Source: a virus | Lineage: Duplodnaviria; Caudoviricetes | Virus record (IMG/VR): IMGVR_UViG_2891456851_000002 | Span: 2,519 to 66,518 of that record | Strand: one strand, 5' to 3' | Length of the DNA: 64,000 nucleotides | Part shown: positions 18,021 to 27,659 of the stretch, one piece after another | How positions within the stretch are numbered: position 1 is the stretch's first letter | How the letters are laid out: each line of letters starts with the position of its first letter | The notes under the pieces: model-generated | Databases searched by the model: none | Seen by the model: the letters and a program-made list of their open reading frames with translations, nothing else | What the model was told of the DNA's origin: nothing | Translations under genes and position numbers: made by a program

Positions 18021-18719
18021 ATGCCCCGAAACACCGCCACCGCCGTCTGCCAGGCCACCCACTCCCGCGACCCCGACAGGCCCCGCCCCGCCGCTGACGG
18101 GAGGAACCTCTGCTACGGCTGCATCACCGGCGTCACCCGCAACCTCACCGACCTGCCGTGGCTGCATGCCGAGGTGGAGGCGTCCATGCCCACCCAACGC
18201 CCCACCGGGACCGCCCCCGTGTCCGGTACCCGCGAGCGTGGCCTGCCCGTCAACCTCACCGCCGGCGAACTCGCCTCGCAGGTCGCCTACGACTTGGGGG
18301 TGTTCGCCACGTGGGTCGCCTCGGATCGTGGGCTGCTCGCACCCGCCGACCCTCGGGTGCCCGGCTTGTGCTCGTGGTTGACCCCGCATGTGGACTGGTT
18401 GGCCGCCTCCGAGTACGCGGCTGAGGTGCGGGACGTCCTCACCGAACTCGTGGGCCGCGCCTACAGGGTCATCGACCCCGGACGGCGTCCCGTCGAGTTG
18501 GGGCTGTGCGTCGAACAGTTCACCGACGGGCAGGTGTGCGAGGGCCGGTTGTGGGCGGCGGTCCGGGACATGGACGACCCCCGACCGTCCCGCATCTGGT
18601 GCTCCGGCTGTGACCTCGTGTTGACGCCTGAGCAGTGGTTCAGGTTCGGGAAGAAATACCAGCAGAGGGCGGCGGAAATCGCCCGTGACCAGCAGAAATG
18701 CGAGAGAATAGCATCATGA
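18021..18719 (+). CDS. Conserved actinophage Cys-rich protein (possible late regulator)
   Basis: CYGC, LGLC...C and CSGC motifs; position before the packaging module. Confidence 0.6.
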   Translation: MPRNTATAVCQATHSRDPDRPRPAADGRNLCYGCITGVTRNLTDLPWLHAEVEASMPTQRPTGTAPVSGTRERGLPVNLTAGELASQVAYDLGVFATWVASDRGLLAPADPRVPGLCSWLTPHVDWLAASEYAAEVRDVLTELVGRAYRVIDPGRRPVELGLCVEQFTDGQVCEGRLWAAVRDMDDPRPSRIWCSGCDLVLTPEQWFRFGKKYQQRAAEIARDQQKCERIAS

Positions 18720-19129
18720 CCGAGCACCCCCTGACCGCCTTCCTGCGAGCCCGCTACGACGAGCGCGAGCAGGCGGCCCGCGCCGCCAAGCCGGGGGTGA
18801 ACCCCCTGCGCGGCGAGTGGTCCTTCGCCGACATGCAGGTTCGCGACGACGCGGGCCGCCTTGTGGTTAAGCACACATGGCCGAACGAGGGCGAACACAT
18901 TGCCCTGAACGATCCCGCCTTCGTGCTCGCGGACGTCGACTCGAAGCGGAAGATCCTCGACGCGCACCACCCCATGGAGCCCGCCAGAGGGCGAGGACAG
19001 GATCCCCTCTGCGCGGAGTGCTCACACGGGCCTGACGAGTACTACACCGTGGACTATCCGTGCCTGACGGTGCGCCTGCTCGCCGAGCCGTTCGCCTCGC
19101 ATCCGGACTACCCGAAGGACCCCGCATGA
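18716..19129 (+). CDS. DUF6221-family protein
   Basis: LTAFLRARYDE...DPAFVLADVDSKRKILD...LLAEPFASHPDY. Confidence 0.8.
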   Translation: MTEHPLTAFLRARYDEREQAARAAKPGVNPLRGEWSFADMQVRDDAGRLVVKHTWPNEGEHIALNDPAFVLADVDSKRKILDAHHPMEPARGRGQDPLCAECSHGPDEYYTVDYPCLTVRLLAEPFASHPDYPKDPA

Positions 19130-19786
19130 AGGAACAGCGCAGCCCCCGCAACATCGTCATCACCGTCTCCGACTCGCCTCGGGTGGAGCCGAGCGTGCCG
19201 CCGCCAGGAAAGCCGCGCGTGATGGTGATGGTGGTCAGTCGCAAAGACCGGGACTGGATCGACGAGGTGCGCGCCCGTTCGATTGACCTCGCGTACGCCC
19301 GTGGACATATCACCCGCGCATGCACGAAGGATCAGCCGTGACCGCGACCCTCGAACCGATCTGGGTCGGCGACGTCCACGAGACCTGGCCGCCCCCGAAC
19401 CTGTCCGAGGTGCTGGGCTGGGCGCGCTCACAGGGCATCAACCCGAACGAGACCTACCGCATCGAGGTCTACCTCCTGGACTGCCCCTTCGCCCGCGTCT
19501 ACGAGTACGACCTCGACGAGAACGGCACACGCTTCTGCTGGGTCGAGCACGACCACCTCGACGACCGCTGCGACGTGGCCAAGCGGAAGCCGTTCGACGT
19601 CCCGCTCACCCGCCTGCCGCCCGTCACACTGGACTCGTGATCGCTTCACCCCCGCCGTTGTCCGCCGACACGCACCGCACCCTCGGCGGCTGGTGGGTCA
19701 TCCCGCACATCCTGCCGGTGTGGGTGCCTGACCGGGCGCTCACCCTGACCGTACGAGAGTGGCTGAACCTACCGGAGGAACCATGA
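19126..19786 (+). CDS. Three small coupled hypothetical genes (19126-19341, 19338-19640, 19637-19786)
   Basis: ATGA/GTGA overlaps. Confidence 0.55.
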
Positions 19787-19968
19787 GCCTCGACGACGGC
19801 ATGGCCACCGCACCTGACCTGGCCCGCATGTACGGCGTCCCTATCGGCACCATCTACCGGTGGGCCAGCATCGACGGGTGGGAACGCACCAGCCCGCGCC
19901 ACCGCCCCGTCCGCTACCGTAGGGGCGATGCGGACAAGTCGTACTTCGACCGCCGCGCGTCGGCTTGA
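19783..19968 (+). CDS. Small HTH DNA-binding protein
   Basis: DLARMYGVPIGTIYRWAS. Confidence 0.75.
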   Translation: MSLDDGMATAPDLARMYGVPIGTIYRWASIDGWERTSPRHRPVRYRRGDADKSYFDRRASA

Positions 19969-20040
19969 CACCGTGACCTGGGGCGAAGCAGACTAATGCG
20001 AAGCTAGATCACGTATCGGCCCGGCCCAAACCGCCGGGCC
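19965..20040 (+). promoter_or_regulatory. Putative late promoter followed by a hairpin
   Basis: TTGACA at 19965, CAGACT 18 nt later; GGCCCGGC/GCCGGGCC stem 20018-20040 followed by TTCGTCATT. Confidence 0.55.
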
Positions 20041-20060
20041 TTCGTCATTCCCGGGGGCGG

Positions 20061-20336
20061 TCAGTCCTCGACCCCGACCACAAGCCATTCCCCGGCCTGC
20101 TCGGTGAGCTCAACCACGGCGTCCCGTCGTGCGCCTCGCGCCCGCACCCGCCAATGGCGGACGGTCAACTCCCCGATGGCCTTGCCCCGGTTCTCGTCCA
20201 CCCACCACGGCGCCTGTTCCTCCCAGTGCGGGCCCAGCACCTCCACCACCAGGTAGGTGCGCCCCCACGCCTGGATCCGCACCGGTGACCCCGACTGGTC
20301 GACCTCCACCCGGGCGGGTTCGTCATAGCGGCGCAC
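20061..20336 (-). CDS. DUF6504-family protein
   Basis: RRYDEPARVEV...WGRTYLVVEVLGPHWEEQAPWW...RHWRVRA. Confidence 0.7.
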   Translation of the reverse strand: MRRYDEPARVEVDQSGSPVRIQAWGRTYLVVEVLGPHWEEQAPWWVDENRGKAIGELTVRHWRVRARGARRDAVVELTEQAGEWLVVGVED

Positions 20337-20366
20337 CCGCCAAGTATCGAGGGGCAGGAGGGTGCG

Positions 20367-20468
20367 GTGCCCTGCCTCCGCCACAAGTGGATCGCCATCG
20401 AGGTCATCGGCCGGGTCGTCACCTACCGCTGCGCCAAGTGCGGCACGACGAAGACCCGCGTCCGCTGA
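20367..20468 (+). CDS. 33-aa Cys/His peptide
   Basis: GGAGG RBS; MPCLRHKWIAIEVIGRVVTYRCAKCGTTKTRVR. Confidence 0.5.
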   Translation: MPCLRHKWIAIEVIGRVVTYRCAKCGTTKTRVR

Positions 20469-20769
20469 ACAACGGGGGCGTCTGAACACCCCCGGCCCCT
20501 TCAACAATCCGGGGCCCCCGCATCCATGGGGTGGGCATCAACCAGGGGTGCCACCACGCGGGGGACACCGGCCGGCGAGAGGCCCCAGCCCCCAGCCCTG
20601 CACCTCCATGCAGAGCAGCACGCCCGCGCATACCCGGCCAACACCGGGCACACACCGCCTCACTGCAACGTGACCACGCGCTCGCGCACCCGATGCGTCC
20701 CCTACAGGCCACGCCACCCCACGCCTCAGCTATCAGCCTGTGAGAGGCCACAGCCCACCAGGAGCATGC

Positions 20770-21054
20770 ATGGGCAACGGAGGCAGAACCGGTCACGCCT
20801 ACCGGCAACTCATCCGGCTAGTGAAGGGCCGCCCCGACGGGTGGCTGTGCTGCAGATGCCGAGGGGCTATTGACCCGGGCTACCGGAACCCCCACCCCCA
20901 GTCCTGGTCCCTGGACCACCTGGTGCCCCTGGCCCATGGTGGTCCGCTGCTGGATCCAGCCAACGCTGCTGCTGCTCATCTCACTTGCAACAGCAAACAT
21001 GGAAATTCGATCAAGACCATCAAGCAAACGATCATCACAACCCAAGTGTGGTGA
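20770..21054 (+). CDS. Packaging-associated HNH endonuclease
   Basis: CCRC...SLDHLVPLAHGG...HLTCNSKHG directly before terS. Confidence 0.85.
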   Translation: MGNGGRTGHAYRQLIRLVKGRPDGWLCCRCRGAIDPGYRNPHPQSWSLDHLVPLAHGGPLLDPANAAAAHLTCNSKHGNSIKTIKQTIITTQVW

Positions 21055-21059
21055 CAAAA

Positions 21060-21155
21060 CCGCAGGTCAGAGGGGTAGGGGGGGGTATGCCGGCACGTAC
21101 AAGATCACCCAGGCCGGAGACCCGCGCCCTCTCCATTTTTCTCCCCCCGGCCCCT
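21060..21155. other. Probable cos/packaging initiation region
   Basis: Non-coding gap between HNH and terS with a G-run and CTCTCCATTTTTCTCCCCCC; position typical of HNH-terminase cos phages; exact site not determined. Confidence 0.45.
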
Positions 21156-21184
21156 GGGTGCCGGGGGGCGGGGAGGGGGTAGGG

Positions 21185-21607
21185 GTGCCGCCCCGCCGCC
21201 GCCTCAACCCCGTCCCCGACAAGCAACGCGAACGCTCGCCCGACCTGCGGGACGCCGTGAAGGCAGCGATCGACGGCATGACGTGGCTGTCGGCCAGCGA
21301 CAAGGCCTTGGCCGTGCTGGCGTTGCGGCAGGCCGAGGAGATCGAGAAGGCCGTCGACCGCGCCGAGGAACTCGCCGATCTGCGCCGCGAGTTCGCCGAC
21401 GACATGGTCATGCTCAAGCGGCTGCAGAAGCTTGAGGCGATGTGCGAGGTCACCAAGACCGTCGGCTGGTTGGGCCCTCAACTGCAGGGCGTGCTGCGTG
21501 ACCTCGGCGGTACGCCGGCGGCGCGTAAGGCGATGAAGGACGATCAGCCTGTGGGAGGTCGTCTTGCGCAGCTCCGCGCCGACGCTGCTGGGAAGCACGA
21601 CTCCTAG
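21185..21607 (+). CDS. terS: Terminase small subunit
   Basis: Position; LGGTPAARKA...RLAQLR actinophage pattern. Confidence 0.8.
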   Translation: MPPRRRLNPVPDKQRERSPDLRDAVKAAIDGMTWLSASDKALAVLALRQAEEIEKAVDRAEELADLRREFADDMVMLKRLQKLEAMCEVTKTVGWLGPQLQGVLRDLGGTPAARKAMKDDQPVGGRLAQLRADAAGKHDS

Positions 21608-23144
21608 GATCTGGACCCGCCCCCTGGTGACCGGCAGGCCGGGGCCGTGCGGCTGCGGCTGCGCGCTGACACCGAAGACGTCGATGGGGTTTTCCGCGGC
21701 GGAGTTCGCCGAGGAGGTCCTCGGGATTGAGCTGCTGCCGTGGCAGCGGTTCCTGCTGATCCATGCGCTGGAGCTCCGCTCCGACGGGCGTTTCCGGTTC
21801 CGTACGGTGCTGGTTCTCGTCGCGAGGCAGAACGGCAAGACGAGCATCGTCGAGGTCAAGAACCTGTGGAAGATGTTCGTCCTGCAGGTCCCCCTAGTCA
21901 TCGGGACGGCGCAGAACCTCGACATCTCCGAGGAGTCGTGGGAGAAGGCCGTCGACATCGTCGAGGCCGTGCCCGAGCTCGCCGCCGAGGTGGCCCACGT
22001 GGACCGGACGAACGGCAAGAAAGCGCTGCGGCTGACGCACGGGTCCCGCTGGAAGATAGCCGCCGCGTCACGGAGGGGTGGACGCGGACTATCAGGCGAC
22101 GACGTCAACCTTGACGAGCTGCGTGAGCACCAGACGTGGGACGCCTGGGGTGCGGTGACCAAGACGACGATGGCCCGCCGTAATCCGCAGGTGTGGGCGT
22201 TCTCCAACGCGGGCGACAACAAGTCGGTGGTGCTGAACGACCTGCAGGAGAAGGGTCGCGCTGCAGCCGAGGACCCGTCGGCGGATCCGTCGCTGGGGTT
22301 CTTCGAATGGTCGGCGCCGGACGACGTGGAGTGCACCTGTGGGCGCCCGGACGGCACCCACACCATGCGGTGCCGGTTGAGGGACCGGGAGGCGTGGGCG
22401 CTGGCGAATCCGTCGCTGGGGTACACAGTGACGGTCGAGGCGCTGGAGTCCGCCCTGGCGACGGACCCCGAGCCGATCTTCCGCACTGAGTGCCTGTGCC
22501 AGCGGGTGCCGGACCTGGTGCCGCAGTGGTCGGTCATCCCGCAGGCCCCATGGGATGTGCTGGCCGACCCGCACTCGCGGCCAGCAGGGAAGGTCGCGTT
22601 CGCCGCGGATGTCAACCCCGAGCGGACGCACGGCGCGATCGGCGTATCCGGTCTACGGAACGACGGGCTGCGGCATGTCGGCCTCACGATGAACGCCGAC
22701 GGTGTGCTAGATCATCGGCCCGGCACGGACTGGATGGTCGACCGCCTGGCCGAACTCAACGCCAAGTGGGAGCCGGTCGCTGTGGTGGTGGACCCGAACA
22801 GCCCGGCAGCCTCACTGATTGAGCCGCTCAGGCTGCGCGGGGTCGAGGTGGTGACTCCGTCGCGGCAGGAGTGCGCGCAGGCGTGCGCGCAGTTGTATGA
22901 CGCGGTGGTGCCGCCGCCGGAGAGCGACGGGTTCGCACCGGCGCTGCGGCACCTGGGACAGGGATCCGTCGCCGCGGCGCTGGCTGGTGCGGCCAAGCGC
23001 GAGTTGGGGGACGGTGCCTGGGCCTGGGCACGCAAAGGCCTTTCGGTCGACATCAGCCCGCTCGTTGCCATCACTCTCGCTGCTTGGGGCCATGCCACTC
23101 GGGCCCATGTCGCGGCTGTCGAGCCGTACGCGTTCTGGGACTGA
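21564..23144 (+). CDS. terL: Terminase large subunit
   Basis: LLPWQ; VARQNGKT (Walker A); LDELRE; FRTECLCQ; DISPLVA. Confidence 0.93.
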   Translation: MRSSAPTLLGSTTPRIWTRPLVTGRPGPCGCGCALTPKTSMGFSAAEFAEEVLGIELLPWQRFLLIHALELRSDGRFRFRTVLVLVARQNGKTSIVEVKNLWKMFVLQVPLVIGTAQNLDISEESWEKAVDIVEAVPELAAEVAHVDRTNGKKALRLTHGSRWKIAAASRRGGRGLSGDDVNLDELREHQTWDAWGAVTKTTMARRNPQVWAFSNAGDNKSVVLNDLQEKGRAAAEDPSADPSLGFFEWSAPDDVECTCGRPDGTHTMRCRLRDREAWALANPSLGYTVTVEALESALATDPEPIFRTECLCQRVPDLVPQWSVIPQAPWDVLADPHSRPAGKVAFAADVNPERTHGAIGVSGLRNDGLRHVGLTMNADGVLDHRPGTDWMVDRLAELNAKWEPVAVVVDPNSPAASLIEPLRLRGVEVVTPSRQECAQACAQLYDAVVPPPESDGFAPALRHLGQGSVAAALAGAAKRELGDGAWAWARKGLSVDISPLVAITLAAWGHATRAHVAAVEPYAFWD

Positions 23145-23153
23145 AGGAGAGTC

Positions 23154-23384
23154 ATGGTCACCCTGAACATCCCGCTGGAGAAGATCAGCGAGGACGCGCG
23201 GCGGCTCGACCCGGCGAAGGTGGCGTTGACGCTGCTGCTGGCGGTGCCGTTCCTCCTCGGTCTGGTCCTGCGCATGGTCTGGCTTGTGGTGGCGTTCTTG
23301 TACAGCGCGGTCGTGTCCGGCTGGGAGATGGGCGGCAACCTCGGCAAGCTGCGGAAGGCGCCTGATGAGGGCGGTCCGGCCTGA
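23154..23384 (+). CDS. Small membrane protein
   Basis: Long hydrophobic segment between terL and portal. Confidence 0.6.
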   Translation: MVTLNIPLEKISEDARRLDPAKVALTLLLAVPFLLGLVLRMVWLVVAFLYSAVVSGWEMGGNLGKLRKAPDEGGPA

Positions 23385-24766
23385 TGGGGCTTTTGGAACG
23401 CGTCGCAGAGACGCACGCCCGCCGCTCGGCCGGCCGCAGCCAGAAGGGCTGGAGCGAGCCGAACTTCTGGGACCTCGATACCCTGCGCTGGCCGTTCCTC
23501 GGCTCCTCGTCGTTGAGCGGCGACCGAGAGGAGATCGAGAACGACTTCGAGGGCTACATCGCGGGCGTCTACAAACGCAACGGCCCGATCTTCGCGCTGA
23601 TGATGGTCCGCCAGCTCGTCTTCAGCGAGGCGCGGTTCATGTTCCGCCGCCGGCGTGACGGCCGACCGGGCGGCTTGTTCGCAACACCGGATCTGCGGCT
23701 CCTGGAGCAGCCGTGGCCGAACGGCACGACCGGTGACCTGCTGTCTCGGGTGATTCAGGATGCGGACCTTGCCGGGAACGCCTACGTCACCAAGTTGGAC
23801 GGCAGGTTGCGGCGGTTGCGCCCGGACTGGGTGACGATCGTCATGGCGTCGGAGTCGGAGCCGGAGCTGTTCGGTGATGCGCTCGACGCTGAGCTGCTGG
23901 GTTACTGGTACTCGCCGCGGAGGGCGGGCGCCCGGAAGGACTACTTTCTCCTACCGGACCAGGTGGCGCATTTCGCTCCGATCCCGGACCCGGCCGCGCA
24001 CTGGCGGGGCATGTCGTGGATAACGCCCGTGCTGCAGGAGATCAGCGGTGACCTGGCGGCGACGAAGCACAAGCTGTCGCAGTTCCGTAACGGCGCGACG
24101 CCCACCATGGTCGTCCGGCTCGACGCCAGCGTGACGCCGGACATGTTCAAACGCTTCAAGGCCTTGATGGACGACCAGCACAAGGGCGCCGACAACGCCG
24201 GCAAGACCCTCTATCTCGGTGGTGGGGCCGACGTCACACCGCTGACGTTCGACCTGCAGCGGTTGGACTTCCGGCACGTGCAGGGCGCAGGGGAGTCCCG
24301 CCTGGCCAGCGCTGCCGGTGTCCCGCCTATCATCGTCGGCTTCTCCGAGGGGCTGTCCGGTTCGTCTCTGAACGCGGGGAACTACGGCTCGGCGAAGCGG
24401 AGGTTTGTGGACGCGACGATGCGCCCGCTGTGGCGCAACGTCGCCGGGTCGCTGGCAACACTCGTGCCGGTGCCGTCGGATGCGGAGCTGTGGTGGGACG
24501 ACCGCGATATCGCGTTCCTGCGGGAGGACGCCCGAGACCGGGCTGACATCGAGCACACGAAGGCCTCGACCATCCGCCAGCTCGTCGACGCGGGCTACAC
24601 GCCGGAAAGCGTGGTCGCGGCGGTGGAGGCCGAGGACATGACGCTGCTGGAGCATTCGGGCCTCTACTCGGTGCAGCTGCAGCCCGCCGGGCGCGTTGAG
24701 GGTGCCCGGTCAGATCAGCCGCCCGGCGACGGGCCGACTCCGCCGGATCCGGCAAAGGAGCAGTGA
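23384..24766 (+). CDS. HK97-family portal protein
   Basis: GNAYV...RPDWVT; QFRNGATP; AAGVPPIIVG. Confidence 0.93.
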   Translation: MGLLERVAETHARRSAGRSQKGWSEPNFWDLDTLRWPFLGSSSLSGDREEIENDFEGYIAGVYKRNGPIFALMMVRQLVFSEARFMFRRRRDGRPGGLFATPDLRLLEQPWPNGTTGDLLSRVIQDADLAGNAYVTKLDGRLRRLRPDWVTIVMASESEPELFGDALDAELLGYWYSPRRAGARKDYFLLPDQVAHFAPIPDPAAHWRGMSWITPVLQEISGDLAATKHKLSQFRNGATPTMVVRLDASVTPDMFKRFKALMDDQHKGADNAGKTLYLGGGADVTPLTFDLQRLDFRHVQGAGESRLASAAGVPPIIVGFSEGLSGSSLNAGNYGSAKRRFVDATMRPLWRNVAGSLATLVPVPSDAELWWDDRDIAFLREDARDRADIEHTKASTIRQLVDAGYTPESVVAAVEAEDMTLLEHSGLYSVQLQPAGRVEGARSDQPPGDGPTPPDPAKEQ

Positions 24767-24767
24767 G

Positions 24768-25862
24768 ATGGATACGAAGGGCTTCCGCGTCGAGATCAAG
24801 GACGAGGACAAGGGCCTGGTCACCGCCGTCTTCTCGACGTTCAACAAGCGCGACTCGGACCGGGACGTCACCCGCCCGGGGGCGTTCGAGGACGGCGCGG
24901 AGATGCCGATCAGTTCCTACGGCCACACCTCGTGGGACGGGGCGCTGCCGGTAGGGAAGGGCCGCATCCGCACCACCTCGAAGGAGGCCATCCTTGAGGG
25001 CGAGTTCTTCATGGACACCCAGCACGGCGCCGACACCTTCAAGACGGTGAAACGGCTCGGCGCGCTGGGTCAGTGGTCGTACGGCTACGACCCGGTCGAG
25101 TACAGCTTCGGCGAATGGGAGGGGCAGCGGGTCCGCTTCCTGGACAAGCTGAAGGTCCACGAAGTCAGTCCGGTGCTGCTCGGCGCCGGGGTGAACACCC
25201 GGACCCTCGCGGCGAAGTCGGCCGGGCGGGACCAGGTGCAGCGGGCGGGCAGGCCGATCGCCCCGCACGACACGGAGGTCGTGGCCCGCTCCTGGGACGG
25301 GGTGAAGATGCTCGACGGCCTGGCCGCCGACGCCCGCCCGTCGGAGCTGCGCACGGTGTTCGCCTGGGCCGACCCCGACAGCGACCCCGAGGCCAAGTCC
25401 AGCTACCGGTTCGCCCATCACCACGGGGTGGGCGGACCGGCGAACGTGCGGGCGTGCCTGATGGGCATCGCCCGCCTGAACGACGCGGCGAAGGCCGGCA
25501 TCCCCGATGCCGACCGGGAGGCCGTGTACCAGCACCTCGCCGCGCACCTGAAGGACGCGGACGTCGAGGTGCCGGAGCTGAAGAGCGGGCCGGTTGGTTC
25601 GCTGAAGTTCCACGAGGAAGGACACGCGGTCCTGGCCGCGGTCGCTTCCTACATCGATCGCGCTTCGGAAGTCCTAGCTCTCCGGCGCGCCAAGGGCAGG
25701 ACGGGCCTCGCCCCGTCGTCGGCTTCGCTCCTGGGCTGGGTCGAGGACGAGATGCGCAGGTTGAAGTCCCTGCTCGACACGCCCACGGGCGATGAGGACC
25801 CGACCGACGAGGAGATCGCCTCGGTCATCGCGCGGTCCGTCGCCCAGCTCAATGGATTCTGA
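24768..25862 (+). CDS. HK97-type prohead protease with C-terminal extension
   Basis: DVTRPGAF...SYGH; QWSYGY; EVSPVLLGA. Confidence 0.85.
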   Translation: MDTKGFRVEIKDEDKGLVTAVFSTFNKRDSDRDVTRPGAFEDGAEMPISSYGHTSWDGALPVGKGRIRTTSKEAILEGEFFMDTQHGADTFKTVKRLGALGQWSYGYDPVEYSFGEWEGQRVRFLDKLKVHEVSPVLLGAGVNTRTLAAKSAGRDQVQRAGRPIAPHDTEVVARSWDGVKMLDGLAADARPSELRTVFAWADPDSDPEAKSSYRFAHHHGVGGPANVRACLMGIARLNDAAKAGIPDADREAVYQHLAAHLKDADVEVPELKSGPVGSLKFHEEGHAVLAAVASYIDRASEVLALRRAKGRTGLAPSSASLLGWVEDEMRRLKSLLDTPTGDEDPTDEEIASVIARSVAQLNGF

Positions 25863-25873
25863 GGAGACAGATC

Positions 25874-27142
25874 ATGACGGTGGAAGCGCAGGACCGGATC
25901 GTTGAGTTCCCCGCGCTCAAGGAGGCGCAGGAGCGGCTCGACGCCAAGAGGAAATCGCTGGCGGACATCTTCGCCGAGGCGGGCCAGGACTACGACATGT
26001 CCAAGGTGAAGTCCATCCAGGGCGACACCCACGCGAAGGTCGCGCACATCGGCGCCCTGAACGACGAGATCACCGAGTGCAAGAAGAAGGTCGACGAGCT
26101 GCTCGTCGTGGCCCGCGCCGCGGCGATCGCCAAGGACCACGGCGAAGGCGGCAGCGAGCCGGACGCCCGCAAGGCCCGCGAGGACGCGCCCGAGCGGAAG
26201 GGCTCGCGCAAGAGCCTGGGCGAGCTGTTCGTCGCCTCGCAGGCCTGCAAGGGCTACAAGCCGGGCGCCGGCATGGGCCCGTCCGCGACGCTGGACATGG
26301 AGCTGAAGACGCTCTTCCAGACGAGCGCGGGCTGGGGGCCGGAGTCGGTCCGGACCGGCCGCGTCGAATACTCCCCGCAGCGGCCGGCGCCGCACGTCGT
26401 CGAGTTCATCCCCCAGACCACGACCACGCAGGCGTCCGTGGTGTACATGGAGGAGACGACCTTCACCAACGCCGCGCAGGAGACGGCCGAGGGCGGCACC
26501 TACCAGGAGGCGACCCTCGCCCTGACCGAGCGCGCGTCGCAGGTCCGCAAGGTCGCGGTGTTCCTCCCGGTGACCGACGAGCAGTTCGAGGACGAGCCGC
26601 GCGCCCGGGCCTACGTCGACAACCGCCTGCCGTTCATGCTGCAGCAGCGACTGGACCTGCAGGCCCTCGTCGGCGACGGCACCGGCGTGAACCTGCTCGG
26701 CACCGCCAACGTCGTCGGCATCCAGACCCAGGCCAAGGGCACCGACCCGGTCCCCGACGCGATCTACAAGATGTTCCGGAAGATCCGCGACGACGGCTTC
26801 GCCGAGCCGTCGGTGCTGTTCATCCGCCCCGCGAAGTGGGAGGAGGTGCGGCTGCTGAAGACCGCCGACGGCGTCTACATCTGGGGCCACCCCTCGATCC
26901 CCGGCCCGGCGACAATCTGGGGCGTCCCCGTCGTGGAGACCGTCGCCGCGCCCGCCACGAGCGCGGTCGCTGGCGACTACATGAACTTCAGCGAGCTCGC
27001 GGTCCGCCGCGGCATCGACGTGCAGGTGAGCAACAGCCACAGCACGTACTTCGCCGAGGGCAAGCTCGCGATCCGCGCCGACGTCCGCGTCGCGCTGATC
27101 CACTATAGACCCAAGGCGTTTGGGGTCGTTACCGGCCTGTAG
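25874..27142 (+). CDS. HK97-fold major capsid protein
   Basis: N-terminal coiled-coil delta domain; EGGTYQEA; LVGDG; IWGVPVV; IRADVRV. Confidence 0.93.
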   Translation: MTVEAQDRIVEFPALKEAQERLDAKRKSLADIFAEAGQDYDMSKVKSIQGDTHAKVAHIGALNDEITECKKKVDELLVVARAAAIAKDHGEGGSEPDARKAREDAPERKGSRKSLGELFVASQACKGYKPGAGMGPSATLDMELKTLFQTSAGWGPESVRTGRVEYSPQRPAPHVVEFIPQTTTTQASVVYMEETTFTNAAQETAEGGTYQEATLALTERASQVRKVAVFLPVTDEQFEDEPRARAYVDNRLPFMLQQRLDLQALVGDGTGVNLLGTANVVGIQTQAKGTDPVPDAIYKMFRKIRDDGFAEPSVLFIRPAKWEEVRLLKTADGVYIWGHPSIPGPATIWGVPVVETVAAPATSAVAGDYMNFSELAVRRGIDVQVSNSHSTYFAEGKLAIRADVRVALIHYRPKAFGVVTGL

Positions 27143-27149
27143 TGCCACA

Positions 27150-27659
27150 ATGTCCGATTCGGTCAAAGTCTGCGGTGGCTGCGGTGAGACGAAGTCGCTC
27201 GATGACTTCAGCCCAGACAGGCGTAACAGGGACGGTAGGCAGGCACGCTGCCGTCCCTGCAAGGCCAAGTGGAAGCGCGAGTACGCGCTGACGAACCCAG
27301 AGCGCATCCGCGCGGCAAACGAGCGGCACGGCCAGGTCCGCCGCGGCGACTACCGATGGGCGCAGCGCCTACGCGCTCACTACGGCCTGACGGTGGAGCA
27401 GTACGAGCGGCTTCTAACGGGCCAAGGGGGCGGCTGCGCCATCTGCGGCACGACGCGGCCAGGCGGTCCGGGCAACCGCTTCCAAGTCGATCACGATCAC
27501 ACGTGCTGCCCAGGCGTTGGGTCGTGCGGCCGATGTATTCGAGGGCTGCTCTGTAGTAACTGCAACACCCTGGTCGGTTTGGCCAAGGACGACCCCCAGC
27601 GCCTGGATGCCGCGGCGAGCTATCTGCGGCGCGATCGACGAGAAGGAGATGGCGGATGA
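27150..27659 (+). CDS. Endonuclease VII-like (homing) endonuclease
   Basis: YGLTVEQYERLL..QGGGCAICG...VDHDH...RGLLCSNCN. Confidence 0.88.
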   Translation: MSDSVKVCGGCGETKSLDDFSPDRRNRDGRQARCRPCKAKWKREYALTNPERIRAANERHGQVRRGDYRWAQRLRAHYGLTVEQYERLLTGQGGGCAICGTTRPGGPGNRFQVDHDHTCCPGVGSCGRCIRGLLCSNCNTLVGLAKDDPQRLDAAASYLRRDRREGDGG

